From: Apostichopus japonicus
Lineage: Eukaryota
Assembly: GCF_037975245.1 (NCBI RefSeq)
Contig: NC_092564.1
Coordinates: forward strand, 11,487,891 to 11,551,890
Length of the DNA stretch: 64,000 nucleotides
Direction of reading: 5' to 3'
The notes beneath the pieces were generated by a model. It ran no database searches, was not told where the DNA came from, and worked only from the letters and a program-made list of their open reading frames with translations. Each line of letters begins with the position of its first letter. Position 1 is the first letter of the stretch. Shown here piece by piece: positions 12,675 to 24,650 of the stretch. The translations under genes and the position numbers were made by a program.

Positions 12675-13070
12675 GTGAGAATATTAACTTGCTGCAAAAG
12701 TGCATTTCTTGAGAAATTTTTAAAATTTGCAAAAGGCCATTTCTGATGAATGACTTATAAGAAAATTGTTATCATTTAGTAGCTTTGGCAACAGCTAACA
12801 TTCCATTTTTATTGTGGAGAGGCTTTGTGGTATATCCATTCACTTTCCTCCCTGTGTAGTCTTAAGTCTTGAATTTGCATTTTTACACCAGTTTTGGTGA
12901 AGGAAAAGTACTCACTTACTGTCTGCACAGAAATATAAATGCATAAGTGAAGTTAATGAATCAGGTAGGAACAGAAAATGCAGTTACTTGTAACTTGTGC
13001 AATACGACCTTCCGGTTTGGAAAGTCACCATCAGGCTGTATCAAAGATTCTTTTTTTTTTTTACGTTCAG

Positions 13071-13202
13071 CAAGTTGGCAGTGTCCTTCAAGACTTCAGC
13101 ATGTCTACGGCTTTTCCAAGACGTCAGTTTGGCACGAGTGACATGGACACCTCGTTGCTGGACTTGCAGCTTGCCCCATCTGCTGCAGTTATCATTTTAC
13201 CA
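13071..13202 (+). CDS. UBXN4: UBXN4 orthologue exon 9 (UBX domain, continued)
   Basis: Acceptor (t)12acgttcag|, donor CCA|GTAAGT. QVGSVLQDFSMSTAFPRRQFGTSDMDTSLLDLQLAPSAAVIILP matches human TVGNTYGNFSLATMFPRREFTKEDYKKKLLDLELAPSASVVLLPA. Confidence 0.9.
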
Positions 13203-13829
13203 GTAAGTCCAGAAAAAGTTTAACTGCTTTCTAGAAGTGAGTTGATTTCTAGGAGAAATTTGTAAAAGACAGGCAAACTGATGGATCAACTTGCGGGTTT
13301 GTTAACTACCCCAGATTGCCTTGAAGCATTTGTTAAAAACTTTGCCCTTACACTGGCTGTTTACTTATGTCTTTATAACCTGATAGGGTGCAGAACATAA
13401 TAATTTTCTGTACAAGACAGCTGTACCCCCTTAAGTCCAACAGGTTAACAGTGCGTTACTAAAGGCTTTTAAGATTCGTGCATTCAACATAATAATATAT
13501 TTATTTGTCAGGAATGCTCCTATAAGGATGACGAGCATGAATATAGTGCAGGATGCTGGGTCCTACATTTTCTAAAGTTGTTAATTTAAGGCATTTGAAC
13601 AAAAAGGGCACATTGATGGATAAACCCTCTGGTGTTCACAGGATCATTTCTCCCAGACAAAGTTATTGTACCAATCTGTAGCTAGAGCTTTGTGCTCATT
13701 TGTGATGCTAATTTCCAACTTAAATGTTTGCTTGAGGGTGACTTTCTATATTGTATCTCCTCGGGAAGTAATGTCAGAAATGAATTAATGGCTTGCGGTA
13801 ACAATGTCTATATCGTTCTGTTTTAACAG

Positions 13830-14044
13830 GGGTCGCAGAGATCAAGCGCATCGACAGCTGTGGCAAGTGGAGGCGGATTAATAGCCCTGCTTCTTGCTCC
13901 CATCATTTATCTTTGGAACTTTTTATATACGTTTATTTTTGGAACACCGACAGAACACCCCGCCTCTGGTGACGTAACTTCATCCAGTCCACAAGAGCCT
14001 CCGCAGGCAGATCACTACAACACCATGGGTGCCAGACCCAAAAG
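13830..14044 (+). CDS. UBXN4: UBXN4 orthologue exon 10 (hydrophobic membrane-insertion hairpin)
   Basis: Acceptor ttttaacag|, donor AG|GTGAGT. ...GGGLIALLLAPIIYLWNFLYTFIFGTPTEHP... corresponds to human GDIWTLLGTVLYPFLAIWRLISNFLFSNPPP. Phase 0 in, phase 2 out. Confidence 0.8.
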
Positions 14045-14961
14045 GTGAGTACAAGAGCAAAAATGTACAGTATTGATATGATATGCATGTCATATTGATA
14101 TGGTTTAATACTCTTTTACTTAAGCATGCTCCTTGGAAAAGATAAGGTTTAAAAAAAATGTAATAAATTGAGACTACCTGAGCACCAGAGAGGTCATCTC
14201 TAAGAATGTGAAGAAAGAAATGTTGGCATGCCTCAGCTACAACATTTTCCTTTGGCAGGGCAGCAATCACTAGTATTTTGAAATCATTCAAGAAGAAATA
14301 AACAGCTGTGTACTACCATGCAAACAACAAGTTAGGACAGGATGCCAAAAGTATTACGGTAGATAGTTTGACAAAAGTAGAGCAAACCTTGTTAAGTTCA
14401 GGACATTAGACATATTTATAGAGTATGATATATATATATATATTCATGGAGTAAGAAAGACAATTGGGTCTTCAAAGGCCGGTCACTTTGCGAGATCATT
14501 TGTCAATTTTTTTAGCAATATGTGCACTTGGCCTGTCCCATAAAGTTGTCTAGTATAGGCAACATATCAATTTTAGGGGGCTCGGGGGAGCGGTAGCGTC
14601 CTCCAGTCAGGCTGTGTAGGACATATTCTTTTGTGCTCTCCAGTTACACACATGAGACAGCGCTGGTCTGTAGCAATAATGTCTGTTGCTTGTTGTTGAA
14701 ATCAGTCTCTGCTGCTGTGGGGTATATTGTAGCTACAGCAGATTATCTTTTTGCAGCAGGGCTCATGGGATATATACAGTCAGGTGTCAAAATATATGTT
14801 AGCATGTGTTTGCTGCATACTACAATATATTGTTAATCTTATTGTTAACAGTTCTTAAGTTATCGTGATAGGAACCTGACTTAACAGAAAATGTTTTCTA
14901 TGGTTGTCATGTTTTGTTTGTTGATTTTTTTCTTTCTTCTTTCTTCTCTCATCTCATGAAG

Positions 14962-15106
14962 TTCTTACGCCAGGAGGAGAAACCCGCCTCAGCCAGAGGG
15001 TGGATCGATCGCAAGACAAGAGGGAAATATTCACAGACTAAACAGAGATGACGACAAAGATGATGAAAATAATACTTGGAATGGGAACTCAACACAACAG
15101 ATGTAA
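14962..15106 (+). CDS. UBXN4: UBXN4 orthologue terminal coding exon (stop TAA 15104-15106)
   Basis: Acceptor (ct-rich)catgaag|. ...HRLNRDDDKDDENNTWNGNSTQQM* matches the human C-terminus YRLRTQDDGEDENNTWNGNSTQQM*. Summed CDS of the 11 exons is 1449 nt (482 aa), divisible by 3. Confidence 0.9.
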
Positions 15107-15599
15107 AAAGAGTTGTCAATGGTCAGACTGGAAGAATATAAATTACTACCGTTTTAAGGAGATGGTTACGGTTCATTGCTGGAAAGATACAATCCTATTC
15201 TCATGTAGATAACGTACATTGCATATTTCACACTACCGAACAGTCTCATATTAATGCTACCAAGTATCTTGTCCATTCCACACATGGTGTGATCAGCTGT
15301 TAATTAAACTAATTACTCCTTTAACTCTAATTACTTCTCATCAGAGCTTTGTTTGGTAATTAATTTTTGTGTATCTGGTATTAAAGAAGTATACCCAACC
15401 ACTATCAGTGGAACATTTGGAAAATTTGACACTCGGGCACCAAGAAAAGCAGACCGTGATTAATTGTGTTTTCATATGGCTATGTGGTTGCAAACAATAC
15501 ATGATTAAAGCTACTATGGAATAATTTAATGTTCTGCTCTTATGTAATTGGTTTAAGGTTTATGAGTTTTTTCTCATAATATGCTGAAACCGTTTTTTT

Positions 15600-16065
15600 T
15601 AGCTGCTATACATCATTGCATTTATGTCACAACTTGCAAGTTTTGTGTAGCACTTTTGGTACGCTGTACCAGATGCTATGTTCTATGCTATACTAGATAA
15701 ATTATTCATTTAGTATAGCATCAACAAAAATTGCATTTATGTTGCAACTTGCCAGTTTTGCGTAGCACTTTTGATACGCTGAACCAGATGCTATGTGCCA
15801 TGCTATACCAGATAAATTATTCATCTAGTATAGCATCAACACAACTGGCATTTATATTGCATTTTTGCCAGTTTTGTGTAGCATTTTGGTAAGCTTTACT
15901 AGATGCTATGTACTATGGTATGCTATACCAGATAAATTATTCATCTAGTTTAGCATCAATGCAACTCGCAATTATGTCGCAATTTGCCTGTTTTGTGTAG
16001 CACTTTGGTAGGCTATACCAGATGCTATGATGTATGCTACATGAGCTATGCCAGATGAAACATTT
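15600..16065. repeat. Minisatellite, ~115-bp unit x ~4
   Basis: Unit tgcatttatgtcacaacttgcaagttttgtgtagcacttttggtacgctgtaccagatgctatgttctatgctatactagataaattattcatttagtatagcatcaac repeated with ~85-90% identity. Lies ~500 bp downstream of the UBXN4 stop, probably in the 3' UTR or flank. Confidence 0.8.
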
Positions 16066-16752
16066 CGTAATGACGTCAGTTAGCTAGACACCGATGAAAA
16101 TATAAACGGTAATTGCTCAAAATTAAGTTTTTAAGCACAGCGTTCTTGTCATTATCAGCAGAAAAGTATTTTGTGTTTTACTTATCATGAAATAAGTTTA
16201 CTCTCTAAGAACCTTGCAAAATTATGAGGTTTTTTTTGTTGCTCTAAGGAGTATATAAGATCAGCTTTTGCTTGCTTGATACCTTAATGGTACAATTGAG
16301 TGCTTGACTATTTTTTAGGAGTATGAATTTTGTTGGGAAATATAGAAAATATTGAAAATACTGAAGTCTGTTTCTAAAGTAGTTGGTGCAAAATGATGGT
16401 TATCTTGAGTCTGCTGGATGTTTTGTGTGAGAAATCTTTATATTTCTGCATTTGACTGGTATTGAAAGAGAGGGAACTCCTCTTTCTCAATAGGGTTGAA
16501 AGATCAGTTAAAGGTTCCTTGATCTTTCCAAGGTCAGCTTTGCTAACCCTAGTGTCATATTTTCCATGGTTTTCTCCAGTAAATCTTGAGCTTTTCATTC
16601 ATGTCAGAAACTTAACATGAATTATCTTCATATTTCTGTTTGGCATAAAGCTGGTCATATTAAATAAATACTGAATAAAATGCATTGAAATAAATGATTT
16701 CATAAGTCTTAAAAATCAAACGTTGCAAAGGGTTTGTCATTATTTGATTCCT

Positions 16753-17162
16753 GTATTTGATCCTCAGTTGTATTTGATCCTCAGTTGTATAAAGAATGAC
16801 AGAGAGAAAGACAGACAAACTAATGAGGTGTTATCTAAACTAATTATGTATTTGATCCTCAGTTGTATAAAGAATGACAGAGAGAAAGACAGACAAACTA
16901 ATGAGGTGTTATCTAAACTAATTATGTATTTGATCCTCAGTTGTATAAAGAATGACAGAGAGAAAGACAGACAAACTAATGAGGTGTTATCTAAACTAAT
17001 TATGTATTTGATCCTCAGTTGTATAAAGAATGACAGAGAGAAAGACAGACAAACTAATGAGGTGTTATCTAAACTAATTATGTATTTGATCCTCAGTTGT
17101 ATAAAGAATGACAGAGAGAAAGACAGACAAACTAATGAGGTGTTATCTAAACTAATTAATTA
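16753..17162. repeat. Minisatellite, 78-bp unit x ~5 (near-perfect)
   Basis: Unit tgtatttgatcctcagttgtataaagaatgacagagagaaagacagacaaactaatgaggtgttatctaaactaattatg. It generates the spurious 146-aa periodic ORF 16723-17163. Confidence 0.9.
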
Positions 17163-18001
17163 AACATGGCATGATGAGTTTGTCATACACTTGTTGTCGT
17201 TGCTTTGACTAGTCATTTGATTCATATGTTCTACTTAAGATAAAAAAAAAATTATATTAAATTATGATACGTTTGCATGTTTAGCTGATGCATTGTTGGC
17301 TGAAATATTTTGTTGGCCTCCGGTTAATTTCTCAACTTTCATAGGCACAAGAAACTACAATTGGAGGGGAACCCATGGAAGTAATCGCCTCTCTTCTGAA
17401 GTAATCAGTCAAATAGCAACATAGTACTTTTTGAAACAAAAATAATTGAAACATGTAACCGAATCCCGCTGACATCATGACATATAGTGATAACTTAAGA
17501 ATAACTTTGTTAATATCACATGTAAGAAGGCAGTATGAAATATAGGATGCTCAAAAGATAGAGAAACTTTGGTTGTTAAAGAAAAACCGTAATGAATCTG
17601 TGGTAGGCCATGGAATCACTTTCTCGATAGCTCCGGTATAATGATTGTTGGAACGATTTGTTTAGTACGCGTATTATTAGTGGAAGTGTTAGAAGTATGA
17701 TAGGGATATATCCTGGAAAACAGGCCTGACGTGGGGGGGGGGTGGGTCATGGGGGTATATTCGACATTTTAATAATAGGGTCGGCTGACATTGTCTTAAG
17801 AGCTCGGTGTGGCTCTTGACACGTCTGCTGATAAGCTGTTGGTCAAAACAAACTAATTCTGTTTTCAGAATTGTAATTAATGTATCCAATTCAGCCATAA
17901 TGGAACCTTAAATATACTTGGGGATGGGGGGGGGGGGGGAGTGTGTGTTAGGGGAGTATAATGTTATCAATATTCTTGAGAACTGTATGATCCTCTCCTT
18001 A

Positions 18002-18265
18002 TTATGATGATTCATATATGAACAACAAGTTACTAGCCAAACCACTTCCGGGTTCTAAATCTGCGGTATCAAGGTTAACTGTGTACTCCACGGCATCCGT
18101 TTGGCTTGTCTCGTCTTTCTTGGACATAACTGTTTGACAGAAAGCCCCCCATTTTGTGGAGACTGGCTCAGACGTATCCCAAGTTTGGTCTATCATGTCA
18201 CCTCCTGGGGCCGAGCTAGGATCAATCGCCCAACTGCAAATATTGTACACGTTGTTGGCCCATTC
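18002..18265 (-). CDS. GH81 gene terminal coding exon (stop TAA at 18002-18004, minus strand)
   Basis: Acceptor ttgattctttttttcag|. EWANNVYNICSWAIDPSSAPGGDMIDQTWD...NLLFIYESS* matches the GH81 FVxEEW C-terminal block. The 10 exons form an unbroken phase chain totalling 2302 nt. Confidence 0.8.
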   Translation of the reverse strand, partial: EWANNVYNICSWAIDPSSAPGGDMIDQTWDTSEPVSTKWGAFCQTVMSKKDETSQTDAVEYTVNLDTADLEPGSGLASNLLFIYESS

Positions 18266-18490
18266 CTGAAAAAAAGAATCAAAAAGGCATCAGAGAGTTA
18301 TGAGGTATGAAAGTAAGGAGGGCCTGGTCTCGAACAATTTTCACGACCAACTTTTGGGTCCTACCCTATAGTATGCGGAATATCGCTCTAAACCAATAGG
18401 ACCTTACTTGTATTTAAACATGTATTTGCCTGCATGTCGAGGTCCAAATATCCAAATACCAAGTGACTTCTGGTAAAGCTGGGGTCTTAC

Positions 18491-18808
18491 CTGGTCCACA
18501 TACCAATGGGAGATGGACATAATTGGTATCAATTGTATTCCTACGAGACACGCGTGACGCTGTGGGAACTGGTCGGGATCACACTCCCAGTTTATCATGT
18601 AGTAAAATATGCCATCTTCCTGTAGTTGTCCCAGAACGCCGTACTTCTTTATAGGCTCTGGGAAGATGTGGCGATTATTTTCTCGGACGGTCCAGTAGTA
18701 ACGAACTGCCCGCAGCTCAGTTGCCAACATAAGACGGCCAAACGATTCCATAACGGGATCGTTCATAGCACTTCCAAGAGCACCGAGGGCGTGGTAACAG
18801 TTGATGGC
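18491..18808 (-). CDS. GH81 gene exon (C-terminal domain, continued)
   Basis: Acceptor ttattttcctag|, donor CAG|GTAAGA. 106 codons AINCYHALGALGSAMNDPVMESFGRLML...NRHIFPEPIKKYGVLG...ACLVGIQLIPIMSISHWYVDQ matches the GH81 (D)YNFaYA..LWG and HGIQ(M/L)LP blocks. Confidence 0.85.
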
Positions 18809-19537
18809 CTAGGAAAATAAGAATATGATGTCCAGTGGACAGTTCCAAAGGTATGTACAAGGAAGGGAAGGGATGGATGTGATGGGACAGAATAGGAATT
18901 CGTCACTCATCCACAAGATTGATTTATATTTCACTAGACTGCGTGTAACGTGAGTTTCCATCATCCTGCATCGGGTCATTTGACTATTGTTATAGCTTTC
19001 ATCAAAGGAAATTTTGACCGAAATTGTCTACCAACTTCTTCCCTATTTAGCTATTAATGAGCTAGTTTGTCTAGCAACATTACTGAGTAGAATTGATCAG
19101 TTCAACAAGCCTCGATTCCAGCCACTTGAAATAATTTCCTCTTATGTGGCAATTCAGATGACTTCGTACAAGTATACCCATTGCGTTTAATCAATGGGAA
19201 GTGTTTGCGAACATTTGTTGCGGGATTGTAAATATTAAAACAACGTGACATCGTTGACCTACGATTTACCACCATCGGCACGCCCCCACACCCCATCAGA
19301 GGTCTAAGTCAAAGGTCACCAGTGCATTGTTTTAAAAACGTAAAACTCTCAAGGGGGCTTAAAAATTACAAAATATCTTAACATTTTAATCATGACTGCT
19401 TAACAGAAGTAAATGCTGTGTGGTTGACAATGGAACTGTTTGACCACAATTGGCCTTTCTCTTTAGGGATGTGGGGGGGGGGGGGGGGCGCATATTTGGG
19501 GATAATGAAGATTACATCATTAGTCGAAAAATCGTAC

Positions 19538-19695
19538 CTCACTAGCTGATTCTTCTTGTCTAGCGCCTCCACCGATCCCAGTAGCCCATGATGATCCAAA
19601 ATACCAATCCTTCTGCCTTACAGTTGGGAAATACACATCTTTCTTACTTGGATTCCCGATATCTCTGGCGAGTGACGTAATGCGAATTCTGTTAT
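19538..19695 (-). CDS. GH81 gene exon with RDxxNP...FP...HSWAxG...ESxSE catalytic motifs
   Basis: Acceptor ctcgcacag|, donor GAG|GTACGA. (D)NRIRITSLARDIGNPSKKDVYFPTVRQKDWYFGSSWATGIGGGARQEESASE matches GH81 LVRDxANP..DPYFP..RxFDWyhGHSWAxG..DGKDQESsSE, which includes the catalytic glutamates. The acceptor was chosen among three in-frame AGs by spacing between DPxW and LVRD. Confidence 0.8.
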
Positions 19696-20326
19696 CTGTG
19701 CGAGTAAAGTTTTTGAAATCACAACAAATTTCAACTAGCAAAAATGTGCCGTCTAATTGTGTGTCAAGAAGGGCTGTGAAACAAATTTTTCAGCTCTTAT
19801 ATTATATATATAATATTTAAGTATGAATAAATTTATTCACATACCTTGTGCATCTCTGTACCATATATATTCTGTAGCATATATATATAGCCTACACTCA
19901 ACTGATACAGTGGCTTGAATATTCATAAAGCAAGTCTCATGTCATGCAAGTCAGAGCAGCCAAACGAGAAATGGAGTTCAGTAAATAGGAACGTCAAAAC
20001 GTGTCATCATAATATTATTGCTTTTTAACTATTGTGTTTAGGGGAGAGTAGTTTGATGGGCGGCAATTTACAGCTCAAGTTTACAATTATGATATTAATT
20101 TTCTGCATTGACAAATGTGTAATCTCAAAGAAAGTGTACTGAAGAAAATGGGGCAGAGGGTAAAGACCCAAACTGTATGATACCCGTGGGATCGATCAGA
20201 ATTGTTTTTCAGTCACTAAAGGCCTACGTCTAAAATAATGACTAAGTTGCAGTCATTCTGATCGTAGTTCAAAGTAAGTCTTTAGTAACGTCAGCATCTT
20301 CCGAAGAACTTGTCCGTTATACTCAC

Positions 20327-20502
20327 CTTCTTTGTTAGCCCATTCTGGATAATATTTAGCGTAGTAGGCAATAGCGTAGATCCAATATCCAATATGAAAG
20401 TGGTGATCCGCATAGGAAACAAAGCCAAAGTTTGTCCAAGGAAAGATAGGTTCGTTTAATCCAGCACTACGCATGTACATACCTCCCCACACAGTATCAT
20501 AC
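20327..20502 (-). CDS. GH81 gene exon with the YxDHHFHxGY signature
   Basis: Acceptor ttttccttactag|, donor G|GTGAGT. (R)YDTVWGGMYMRSAGLNEPIFPWTNFGFVSYADHHFHIGYWIYAIAYYAKYYPEWANKE contains the GH81 hallmark YNDHHFHYGY(F/W)IYAAA...DPxW. Phase 2 in, phase 1 out. Confidence 0.9.
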
Positions 20503-20756
20503 CTAGTAAGGAAAATGTGTATGAGAGACCAAGCATTGTTCAGTCTCTTTGGTCTTTAGCTTAAACATTAGCAGCCATGATTATATGACAACAAAGAGTA
20601 TGTTAACTGACTTTTCGGAGAATAAATTAACGTCAACATATCACCCCACCAACACCCAAGCGCACCCCGTTCCCAAACACCATTGTATCATAAAGGGACC
20701 TCTATTCTAAAGGTTTCCAGTGTGGGCGGAGGGTTATCGTATGGCGATAGTCATAC

Positions 20757-20992
20757 CTGAACACGTTTTCGACTGGTAGACCACTCGTTATGCCAAGCCA
20801 AAGATCTAGGCATGTTCGCAAGGATTCATCCAGTTCCACATAATGATTCGTTCCAAAGGCTCTGGATATGGTTGCTAGACGGGTTACCATAGAGATACTT
20901 TTACCCGCCCAATAACTTTGAGCTCCTGATTTGGTACAATCCTCCACCAGCGTCTCAAATGCAGCGTCTTTTTCAATTGACGCGAGAATGTG
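20757..20992 (-). CDS. GH81 gene exon (start of C-terminal (alpha/alpha)6 catalytic region)
   Basis: Acceptor ttttctacccaacag|, donor AG|GTATGA. HILASIEKDAAFETLVEDCTKSGAQSYWAGKSISMVTRLATISRAFG...LPVENVF(R). Splicing to the next exon restores the GH81 FRYDxxWGG motif; read-through instead hits a stop. Confidence 0.8.
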
Positions 20993-21745
20993 CTGTTGGG
21001 TAGAAAACGATTGAAATTAAAGAGTACGTACCAGTGGATATGATGATTGGTTTGGAAATTGATTGGAACGGAGCAACTTATTATTGTTGGGGAAACGGCC
21101 AATATATACTTGTCTCATTCTCTTGTTCTTTGTTCAACCCGACTTTCAATTTCAGGAAGAGAGAGGAGGGGGGGGGGGGGGTGGCTACCGTATTCTTTTG
21201 TGAGAGCATGTGTGTGTGAGTGGGGAGAAATAGGAGAGAATGAACGCCATTGCTATTACTACTAACCTAAAGAGAATGCTTAAATAATCGTGACCCTCTT
21301 TTTAAAGGGTTATTCTTCTACTACCCATAGATAGGCCGATCTAAGGATCTGCTTAGGACGTAACGTTTCTCGTATATCAAAGGAATTTCTTCTAGCACAA
21401 GACTAAAGGGTGACTCCCCACCCCGTTCCTCTGCGTTGCTTCTACCTTTTCATGGTATCTCATATGTAAGGAACCTGTATGACTTTCATATTATTTTTCG
21501 TTAACAAAGTGGTTGGAATTTGAAAAAAGAGTTTATTTTGATGGTGCAAAAGTATTGTCTAAGGATCTTTACGCATGATCTTTACGGCTACAACATTATC
21601 ATATAGTAAGGTCCTGGCATGAGATCCCAAAGGATTAAAAAGGTTCAAGAATCCTATATCACGTCTCTCCAAACACCGTCAACATTTACAAAGTAACAGT
21701 ACAAAGTATTAGTTTTAACTCGATAGCAATGTCCAATTTACTTAC

Positions 21746-21904
21746 ATTCAAACGGTCAGGAGTACTCTTGATTCTGTTCACAGCATCCATATCTGGTTCA
21801 AGGCTTGATATCGGGAGCTCTTCTTCCAGGATCCATCGGTCTCCCACGTGACCTTTAAACCCCCATGGGGTATCTATGAGGTTACTTGCCTCTAGTTGCT
21901 CATC
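21746..21904 (-). CDS. GH81 gene exon (linker region)
   Basis: Acceptor tcctctttctttcag|, donor AAT|GTAAGT. DEQLEASNLIDTPWGFKGHVGDRWILEEELPISSLEPDMDAVNRIKSTPDRLN. Phase 0 in and out. Confidence 0.7.
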
Positions 21905-22317
21905 CTGAAAGAAAGAGGATACATGATGAGTAGGCCTAATACTAATAAACGAACATGTGAATAACAATGGTCCACACAATTCCAAAGAATTGTAGTGCTA
22001 GCGTCTGTGCTTGTATTTGAGTACATTTTCCGTACTCATACTCATGGATTTGTACTCCAGTTGTACTAATTTGCACGCTCCCCAGCTCACCGGTCCACCG
22101 AGCCACCGGCCCACCGGGCATGCCTAAATGCCCGTGTGGCCAGTCCGCCACCGTTGACTGCTTTGTGGCCGTTATTTCCGGCGTAGGTTGACATTTTTTC
22201 TTTATCCAACTGTAGTGAAAACCGCAAATAAATTAGTAGTCTTTCTATAGCGTGGATCCGGCCATGCGCAAGTTTCGTTGATTTTTTTGACATCAATTTT
22301 AATTACATAATACTCAC

Positions 22318-22514
22318 GTGATGAGGTAGTGCTACCATTAGTAAATCATGATTGGGATTCTGTCCGAAGAAATCTTCTCCTCGTTTATTCCAATCATAGC
22401 TAATTCGTCCGACGTCTCCTTCCACACAAAAACGTGTCTTTGGTTTATAGGAGTAGACCCCTGCGTATTTATCTAATCTTTCCGCCATCGTGTAGTCCCC
22501 TTTAGCACTGGTAC
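22318..22514 (-). CDS. GH81 gene exon carrying the ALPHH motif
   Basis: Acceptor cgttgctag|, donor CAC|GTGAGT. ...TSAKGDYTMAERLDKYAGVYSYKPKTRFCVEGDVGRISYDWNKRGEDFFGQNPNHDLLMVALPHH ends in the GH81-conserved LM(Y/V)ALPHH motif. Phase 1 in, phase 0 out. Confidence 0.8.
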
Positions 22515-22599
22515 CTAGCAACGATTAAAAGCAACCAAACTGGTAAAGAAATAGCTGTGGACGCTTAAGATCAAACACTTTAACAGTACGTAACGGTAC

Positions 22600-22602
<3 letters not shown>

Positions 22603-22680
<78 letters not shown>

Positions 22681-22801
22681 TTATATATATATATATTTAT
22701 ATATTTATATATTTATATATTTATATATTTATATATTTATATATTTATATATTTATATATTTATATATTTATATATTTATATATTTATATATTTATATAT
22801 A
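22603..22801. repeat. (TA)n then (TATATATTTA)n compound microsatellite
   Basis: Direct read. Lies in the GH81 intron between the exons at 22514 and 23165. Confidence 0.95.
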
Positions 22802-23164
22802 TTGATGGGCTGATAGTGAATCAATTTTGTATAGTAACTACTAATCTCTTACCAAGGCTCTATAACTTGATTGACTTTTTTGGAAAGTGCGGTACCTTAC
22901 GCAAATAAAAATGATTGAAATTGCCCACACACACACTTTGGAAAACATTTTGCTAAGGAGCATTTTTTTAGCCTTTCTTGATCTGCTAATTGCATATATG
23001 CATAACACACAATTTTGCGAATTCTTTTTAACACGTGGCCTCCTCCCCATCCATTTAGAAGTTAGTACAATTAATCAAAACATATCAACAACTTTGGGAC
23101 ATTGGCCGTTTTCCATGAACAATTCCCTGTTTCCTAAGTTGAATATATCTTGTTTGATATTTAC

Positions 23165-23390
23165 CTGCATAGACAAGTTGCATATGTCCAGTAAACATGC
23201 CACCGGCTTGTGGTTCAAATTCAAACAACCCGTCATCATTGATTTCAACTACCATGTCCTTGTCGAAATAAGCCACAAATTTCCGAGTATTGGTTAAACC
23301 AAGTCCTCCTGGTTCGTTTAGTTCAAATATGAAAGATTTTGCTGTAATGGAAATATCTTGGGTGGTCTCTGGAACCCACGGACATTTTAT
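23165..23390 (-). CDS. GH81 gene exon (N-terminal beta-sandwich region)
   Basis: Acceptor (t)16acacgttag|, donor G|GTAAAT. IKCPWVPETTQDISITAKSFIFELNEPGGLGLTNTRKFVAYFDKDMVVEINDDGLFEFEPQAGGMFTGHMQLVYA. Phase 0 in, phase 1 out. It joins the next exon to create the codon GGT. Confidence 0.65.
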
Positions 23391-24394
23391 CTAACGTGTA
23401 AAAAAAAAAAAAAAAGAAGTTGAATGTAATATTAAAGTAAGATACAACTATTGTTTCAATAGCCAGGTACACAGCTAAGCTTAGATGCACGGATTGGCTT
23501 CAAACTCGAGATGCATCCATCCGCTTTCATCGCCTTCAGAGCCGACCTAAATTCTTAAGCCTTTTACCAGGGTGTCATCTTTAATGCTACATAAAGCTCT
23601 GTTATCACGTCCCTTCAAACCACTCTACCCTCCCTCATTTCACCCTGTGGGAATTGGTTCAAAAAGCGAAAACGTTTGAGAGGATCCACTTCTACTGTGT
23701 GTAGGTCAAGGTATTTTTGCTGGGAGTTATAAGTTTTCAAGCATGCAAGCGTTGGTTTGCAACGACATGTTATTGAATTTTCGACATTCGCTCATATGCA
23801 AATATATACGCATAATAGGATGGTAAAAAAATACACCTGGCGATTTAAATCAAACATGTCCGCACACCAAAGAATATTTAGTTGGTTAAGAGAAGGGAAC
23901 GAGCAATAGGATGGGACACTATTTGGGTCTCGTAATTTGAGTGAAATAAATCCAAATGGTGTATCACCATTCGGTCTATTAAAGTTTGCTATATGTAATA
24001 GGCTATAAGTCATAGCCTAATAAAGCATCCTAAATGGCTTTGTATATATACTAGTTTGTACGGACACCACCTTCAGCAAGGTACTGTACCTGTTCCATCG
24101 CTGCAGATAAGATATTGGGAATCATGACTATGTTCGTAGTTTCGGCAAACGAGAGACACACTAGTCTGTATGTAGAGAGGTAGAGGAACACGTCTCACAT
24201 ACCCTAGCCTGGCTACGAGACTGATACCATTGCCAACTGTGTCCAATACAATACCATACATCACCCCAGCTATGTATAACGACTAAGATAGACTTATTAG
24301 ACTCGAGTATGGGCATTAATCATATTCACATTATATTGTTTTATTCACTTTACAGTGGCCATATTTATGTTAATTTATGTTTTTATGTTCTTTT

Positions 24395-24650
24395 TGTTGT
24401 GGTTTATTATACCCTGTCTTATATCATGTTTTACTTTTACTGCTGTTGTTATTACTTTGAGGTTTTCTTAAGTTTGGTAATTTTATATTCCAGATTTTGG
24501 TTCTTTTGTACAGTGCTCTTGAGCATGTTTTACTTTTACTGCTGTTGTTATTACTTTGAGGTTTTCTTAAGTTGGGTAATTTTATATTCCAGGTTTTGGT
24601 TCTTTTGTACAGTGCTCTTGAGCATGTTTTATTTTATGATAACAGCACTA
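24395..24650. repeat. Tandem repeat, ~107-bp unit x ~2.4
   Basis: gcatgttttacttttactgctgttgttattactttgaggttttcttaagtt(t/g)ggtaattttatattccag(a/g)ttttggttcttttgtacagtgctcttga duplicated. Explains the spurious ORF 24309-24653. Confidence 0.85.

Noticed and set aside
16723-17163. 146-aa plus-strand ORF with periodic LILSCIKNDREKDRQTNEVLSKLIMY repeats
   Set aside because: Translation of the 78-bp x5 minisatellite. The periodicity is at the nucleotide level, and there is no splice context or start context.
20884-21102. 72-aa minus-strand ORF overlapping the 5' part of the GH81 exon at 20992
   Set aside because: Different frame from the conserved GH81 exon. It is the intron/acceptor region read in the wrong frame.
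22887-23297. 136-aa plus-strand ORF
   Set aside because: Antisense to the GH81 exon at 23165-23390 and its flanking intron. No homology and no splice logic. The minus-strand frame carries the conserved protein.
24073-24264. Minus-strand ORF ...YLICSDGTGT with a GTACAG donor, possible extra GH81 exon
   Set aside because: Its acceptor needs phase 1, but the upstream GH81 exon ends in phase 0. Exons at 25018 and 23390 already join in frame without it, and it carries no recognisable GH81 motif.
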